This document shows positions 18,307-22,482 of a DNA stretch of 22,482 nucleotides, piece by piece. Made by a program: the position numbers and the translations under genes. Within the stretch, counting starts at the first letter, position 1, and the number at the start of each line of letters is the position of its first letter. Location of the stretch: contig CAVWXH010000004.1 of the NCBI GenBank assembly GCA_963758915.1, positions 1 through 22,482 on the forward strand, in the 5' to 3' direction. Origin of the DNA: an uncultured Methanomicrobiales archaeon (lineage in GTDB: Archaea; Halobacteriota; Methanomicrobia; Methanomicrobiales; Methanospirillaceae). The notes under the pieces were generated by a model. It saw only the letters and a program-made list of their open reading frames with translations, searched no databases and had not been told where the DNA came from.

Positions 18307-18726
18307 ATGACAGAACAGGGAGAGGATCTGTGTGAAGCATTTGAAGGCCTTATCCGGCTCAAAAACGACTGTTCCTGCAGTATCTTCTCTGAATGCGGGT
18401 TGTCGGATATAACGGTCAAACAGATCGCATACCTGAAAGTCATCGATCAACATGGGGAAATCACCTTCAGCAGGCTTGCCGAGATCACCCGGAACTCGAA
18501 ACCTACCATCACAGAGATGATCAACAGGTTTGTCCGGATGGAATGCGTCTTCCGCGAACGATGCCCCGCTGATGGCAGGATCCTGTACATCCGCCTGACC
18601 GAAAAGGGACAGAAGATCGCAAAAGCTGAACAAGCCGCTATGCAGCGGGTGATTGAACGGATGATGAATTCACTGGATGAACATGAGCTGGATCTCCTGG
18701 TTGAGATCCTGCAGAAAGTCAGGTAA
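18307..18726 (+). CDS. MarR-family transcriptional regulator (6 Cys)
   Basis: ITVKQIAYL..I......TFS.LA......KPTIT.MI.R...DGR...I.LTEKG. Confidence 0.92.
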   Translation: MTEQGEDLCEAFEGLIRLKNDCSCSIFSECGLSDITVKQIAYLKVIDQHGEITFSRLAEITRNSKPTITEMINRFVRMECVFRERCPADGRILYIRLTEKGQKIAKAEQAAMQRVIERMMNSLDEHELDLLVEILQKVR

Positions 18727-18783
18727 TATTTTTTGTCCTGATCTTAATTTTTGGTAAATTCGAACTATATGAACGAGGAAACA

Positions 18784-21169
18784 ATGCAACAGGCACAAAC
18801 TGATGACACACAGGAAAAAATTGTCATACCGCTCTTTGAGATCGTCGTCTACCCAAACAACCGGACAAAATTCCAGGTTGACCAGGTCACCGGAGACCTC
18901 CTGCTGGCCGAAATGAAAGATACAGGGGCTGCATATGCAGTCGGGCTTACCGTAAAAAGTGGCACAAGGCCTTCAGAGCTGACCGGGGAGTCCCTGTATC
19001 AGACCGGAAACCGATTTAAGATCTCGCACGTGCAGCCTGCCAACGACGGGTACCTGATCTGTGCGGAAGTTATGCAGAGGGTAAGAGTGGTAACCCTGGC
19101 CGAAAAGGACGGGCGGCTCAGTGCCGTATATACACCGCTCCCGGATATCCAGGACCTTGGAGATGACCTTCAGGCCCGGATCCTCGAAGACATTAAAACA
19201 ACCATCCACGAGATCAGCAGCAGGTTCCCGGGCTCCGAACAGTTCACCGGGCCACTCGACCGGATGGACTCTATCGAGCAGATCATGGGATTCGTTATGC
19301 CCTACCTCCCGGTTGACCTTGCCGAAAAACAGGCACTTCTTGAGCTTGACTCTGTCCTGCTGCGGTACACCACGTTCCTTGAGCTCCTCAATAAAACAAG
19401 AGATGACATCAACATCCGGATAGAGATGGCAAAGAAAGTCTCAGACCGGGTGAGTAAGTCCAACCGGGAAGCAATGCTCCGGGAGCAGCTGAAGGTGATC
19501 CAGGAGGAGCTGAATGAAAGCGAAGGAGATACAGGGGATAGCGGGTACCGGGAACGGGTTGAAAATTCAAAGATGCCGGAAGACGTGCGGAAAAAAGCAC
19601 TGGCAGAGGTGAAGAAACTCGAGACCGGGGGGCCCCACAACCATGAAGGTTCAGTGATCCGTAACTATCTCGACCTCCTGCTCGACCTTCCCTGGGTGAC
19701 GGAAGAGAAGAAGAGCATCGATATCGAAGAAGCCCGTAAGGTACTTGAAAGCCACCATAACGGCCTTGAAAAGGTAAAGGAACGTATCATCCAGCACCTT
19801 GCAGTAATGAAACTGAAGCAGGAGAAGCAGGGCTCGATCCTCCTCTTTGCAGGCCCGCCCGGAACAGGAAAGACGAGCCTTGGGAAGAGCATTGCCGGGG
19901 CCCTCGGACGGAAATATATCAGGATCAGCCTCGGGGGTGTCAGGGACGAGGCCGAGATCAGGGGACACCGGAGGACCTATGTCGGCGCACTGCCGGGCAG
20001 GATTATCCAGGGGATAAAAAAGGCCGGTACGAAAAACCCGGTATTTATCCTCGATGAGATCGACAAGCTGGCAATGTCCTACGCCGGGGACCCGGCCAGT
20101 GCCCTCCTCGAAGTCCTCGACCCCGAGCAGAACAACACCTTCTCGGACCATTATCTTGAGGTCGCCTACGATCTTTCAGACGTGCTGTTCATCGCAACGG
20201 CTAACTCCCTCGCGACAATCCCCGCACCACTCCTTGACCGGATGGAGTTGATCGAGATCTCGGGCTATACGAAAAACGAGAAATTCGCAATAGCAAAGGA
20301 CCACCTGCTGCCCGAAACGTTGAAGGAGCATGGTCTCGATGCAGACCAGCTCCAGGTGGAGGACGAGGCACTGAAGGTAATTATTGAGAAATACACCCGT
20401 GAAGCAGGTGTCCGGTGGCTGAAAAAGCAGCTGGCGAAGATTGCACGGCACGTATCCGAAAAGATTGTTACCGGGAAGGCTGAACTGCCATTCGTGGTAA
20501 AAACAGATATGCTCCCGGGGATCCTCGGGAAAGAACCGGTACGGCAGGAAGTTGCCCGGAAGGAACCGGTCCCCGGTGTTGTTACCGGCCTTGCATGGAC
20601 CCCTGTCGGCGGGGAGATACTCTTCATCGAAGGTACGTTCATGCCCGGGACCGGCAGACTCACCCTCACCGGTCAGCTGGGGGACGTAATGAAGGAGTCG
20701 GCAACGATATCGTTGAGCCTCATCCGGTCACGGCTTGCAGGAACGGAGAACGGTTTCGACTTCATCACGCGGGACATCCATATCCACGTGCCATCAGGAG
20801 TCTACCCCGAAGGACGGTCCTTCGGCAGGTGTGACCCTCTTTACGGCGCTCGCGTCCCTGATCACCGGGAAGACCGTTGACCCCCATGTAGCGATGACCG
20901 GGGAGATAACCCTCAGCGGCGGAGTGTTACCCGTAGGGGGAATCAAGGAAAAGGTCCTCGCTGCTCACAGGGCGGGAATTACCACCGTGATCCTGCCGGA
21001 GGAAAACGAACGGGACCTCGAGGATGTACCTGAAGATGTCCGGAATGAACTTACCTTCATTACCGTTAAAACCATCGAGGACGTGCTCAAAGAGGCGCTG
21101 GGGATTGAACTGCCACAGACCGTTGTGCAGTATTCCGGGAACAGTTTTGTCCCGGTGCAGAATATCTGA
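18784..21169 (+). CDS. lon: ATP-dependent protease La, soluble bacterial-type LonA; frameshift at ~20801 (alternative start 18769)
   Basis: Lon N-domain, Walker [21 protein letters not shown] and Walker B ILDEIDK. The repaired [15 protein letters not shown] (Ser) and GGIKEK (Lys) form the catalytic dyad. No TM insertion. Confidence 0.96.
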
Positions 21170-21344
21170 AGGTCAGGGTATCCGCAAAGATACGGGGAGT
21201 TGTGGGCTTTGAAAAGCCCATTCTCATTTCTTTTATTAAAGTCTTGTACCCTGATAAACCTGAAACGAAGGTGTTTGAGTCATGGTTCATTTAACAACCA
21301 GAACGGCAGAAAAAACAATACTCTCACCGGATAATTAGATCCCT

Positions 21345-22482
21345 GTGATCTCCCTCGTTGAACCGGAACGGGTCCGGGTACTCAATACTGCTCCCGTACG
21401 CACCGGGGACTATGTGTTGTACTGGATGCAGTCCTCGCACCGGACAGAACAAAATCCGGCACTTGTGTATGCAATCGAACGGGCTGACCATGCAAACCTC
21501 CCGCTGATCGTTTATTTCGGGCTCTGGCAGACCTACCCGGAGGCGAACCTCCGTCATTTCCAGTTCATGCTGGAAGGGCTTGTGGACGTCGCACATTCCC
21601 TGGAATCCCTGGGGATCAGGTTTGTGATGAGGATTGAAACCCCGGACGAGGGAGTCCTTTCCTTCGCGAAAAACGCCGCCTTAGTAATAGTAGACCGCGG
21701 ATACCTCCGGCAGCAGCAGGTATGGTACCATGATGTTGCCGGACGGTGCACGTGCCCTCTCGTGCAGGTTGAGGGAAACGTTGTCGTGCCGGTAGAGGTG
21801 GCATCCCAGAAAGAGGAATACTCCGCCGCCACGTTCCGCCGTAAGGTCACCTACCATGTGGACAGGTTCCTGCACCATGTTGAAACGGACAGACCGGAGC
21901 GTTCTTCTCTTGCCCTTGACATTCCCACGCTTGCCGGGGAAACACCCGGTGCACTACTCTCACAACTCACCATCGACCGTTCGGTCCCTCCATCGGCTCT
22001 ATACAAAGGTGGGACAACGGAAGCGAACCGGAGGTTTCTGCAATTTCTCGACAAACGACTCGGGGGATATGGTGATAACCGCAATGATCCCGGTGGTGAC
22101 GGGGGTTCGGACATGAGCCCCTACCTCCATTTTGGGCAGGTATCGCCGGTTACCCTCGCAGTCCTCGCACAGGAACAGGGCGGGAACGGTACCCGGCCTT
22201 TCTCGAACAACTGATTGTGCGCCGGGAGCTTGCCATGAACTTTGTCCGTTACAATGACCACTACGATTCATTCTCATCACTTCCTGCATGGGCACAGAAA
22301 ACGCTGGCGCTTCACCAGGCAGATCTGCGGGAATATAGGTATTCTCTCGATGAACTGGAGCATGCTGCAACCCATGACCCGTACTGGAATGCAGCCCAGC
22401 AGGAGATGGTGAAAACCGGTAAAATGCAGGGCTACATGCGGATGTACTGGGGTAAGAAGGTCCTCGAGTGGAGCAGAACCCC
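21345..22482 (+). CDS. phrB: Class II CPD photolyase; frameshift at ~22196; runs off the window end
   Basis: VLYWM....R...N.AL, RNDP and SPYLHFGQ.S. After repair: [15 protein letters not shown]...[31 protein letters not shown]. Confidence 0.95.

Noticed and set aside
20790-20810. Programmed frameshift separating the Lon ATPase and protease domains
   Set aside because: No slippery sequence. The break falls inside the conserved [13 protein letters not shown] motif and matches the window-wide indel pattern.
22421-22450. Photolyase [10 protein letters not shown] instead of the usual KMHGYMRMYW
   Set aside because: A single-base difference in an error-prone sequence cannot be interpreted without reads or an alignment.

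Overview
This window is archaeal DNA, most likely from a Methanomicrobiales methanogen (inferred from the gene families, GGAGGT/GGTGA RBSs, BRE-TATA promoters and a CCA-less tRNA). It holds about 24 genes and one tRNA-Thr(UGU) at 5594-5666 (-). The ~5 kb downstream of the tRNA 3' end looks like a decayed integration hotspot. It contains three gene fragments: a helicase-nuclease C-terminus (~950-1200) and a tyrosine-integrase piece (3171-3350), both absent from the ORF track, and a truncated vWA domain. It also carries a bacterial-type YjhP methyltransferase, a DJ-1/PfpI gene, a probable homolog of the Methanospirillum amyloid sheath protein, and a strongly structured GC-rich non-coding element with a T-shaped fold and a G-quadruplex motif. 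The rest is accessory, stress and surface genes: DUF504, PaaI, a Cys-rich lipoprotein, VOC, cupin, TPR, a methyltransferase, flavin reductase, a QueT-like protein, wHTH, an alpha/beta hydrolase, YkgJ, VIT1, rubredoxin, SIMPL, MarR plus bacterial-type LonA, and a class II photolyase. About 12 frame-breaking indels in 10 otherwise intact genes point to uncorrected sequencing errors, so those genes are reported as repaired CDSs. No CRISPR array, rRNA or intact transposase was seen. Family assignments come from motif recognition and recall, not database searches.
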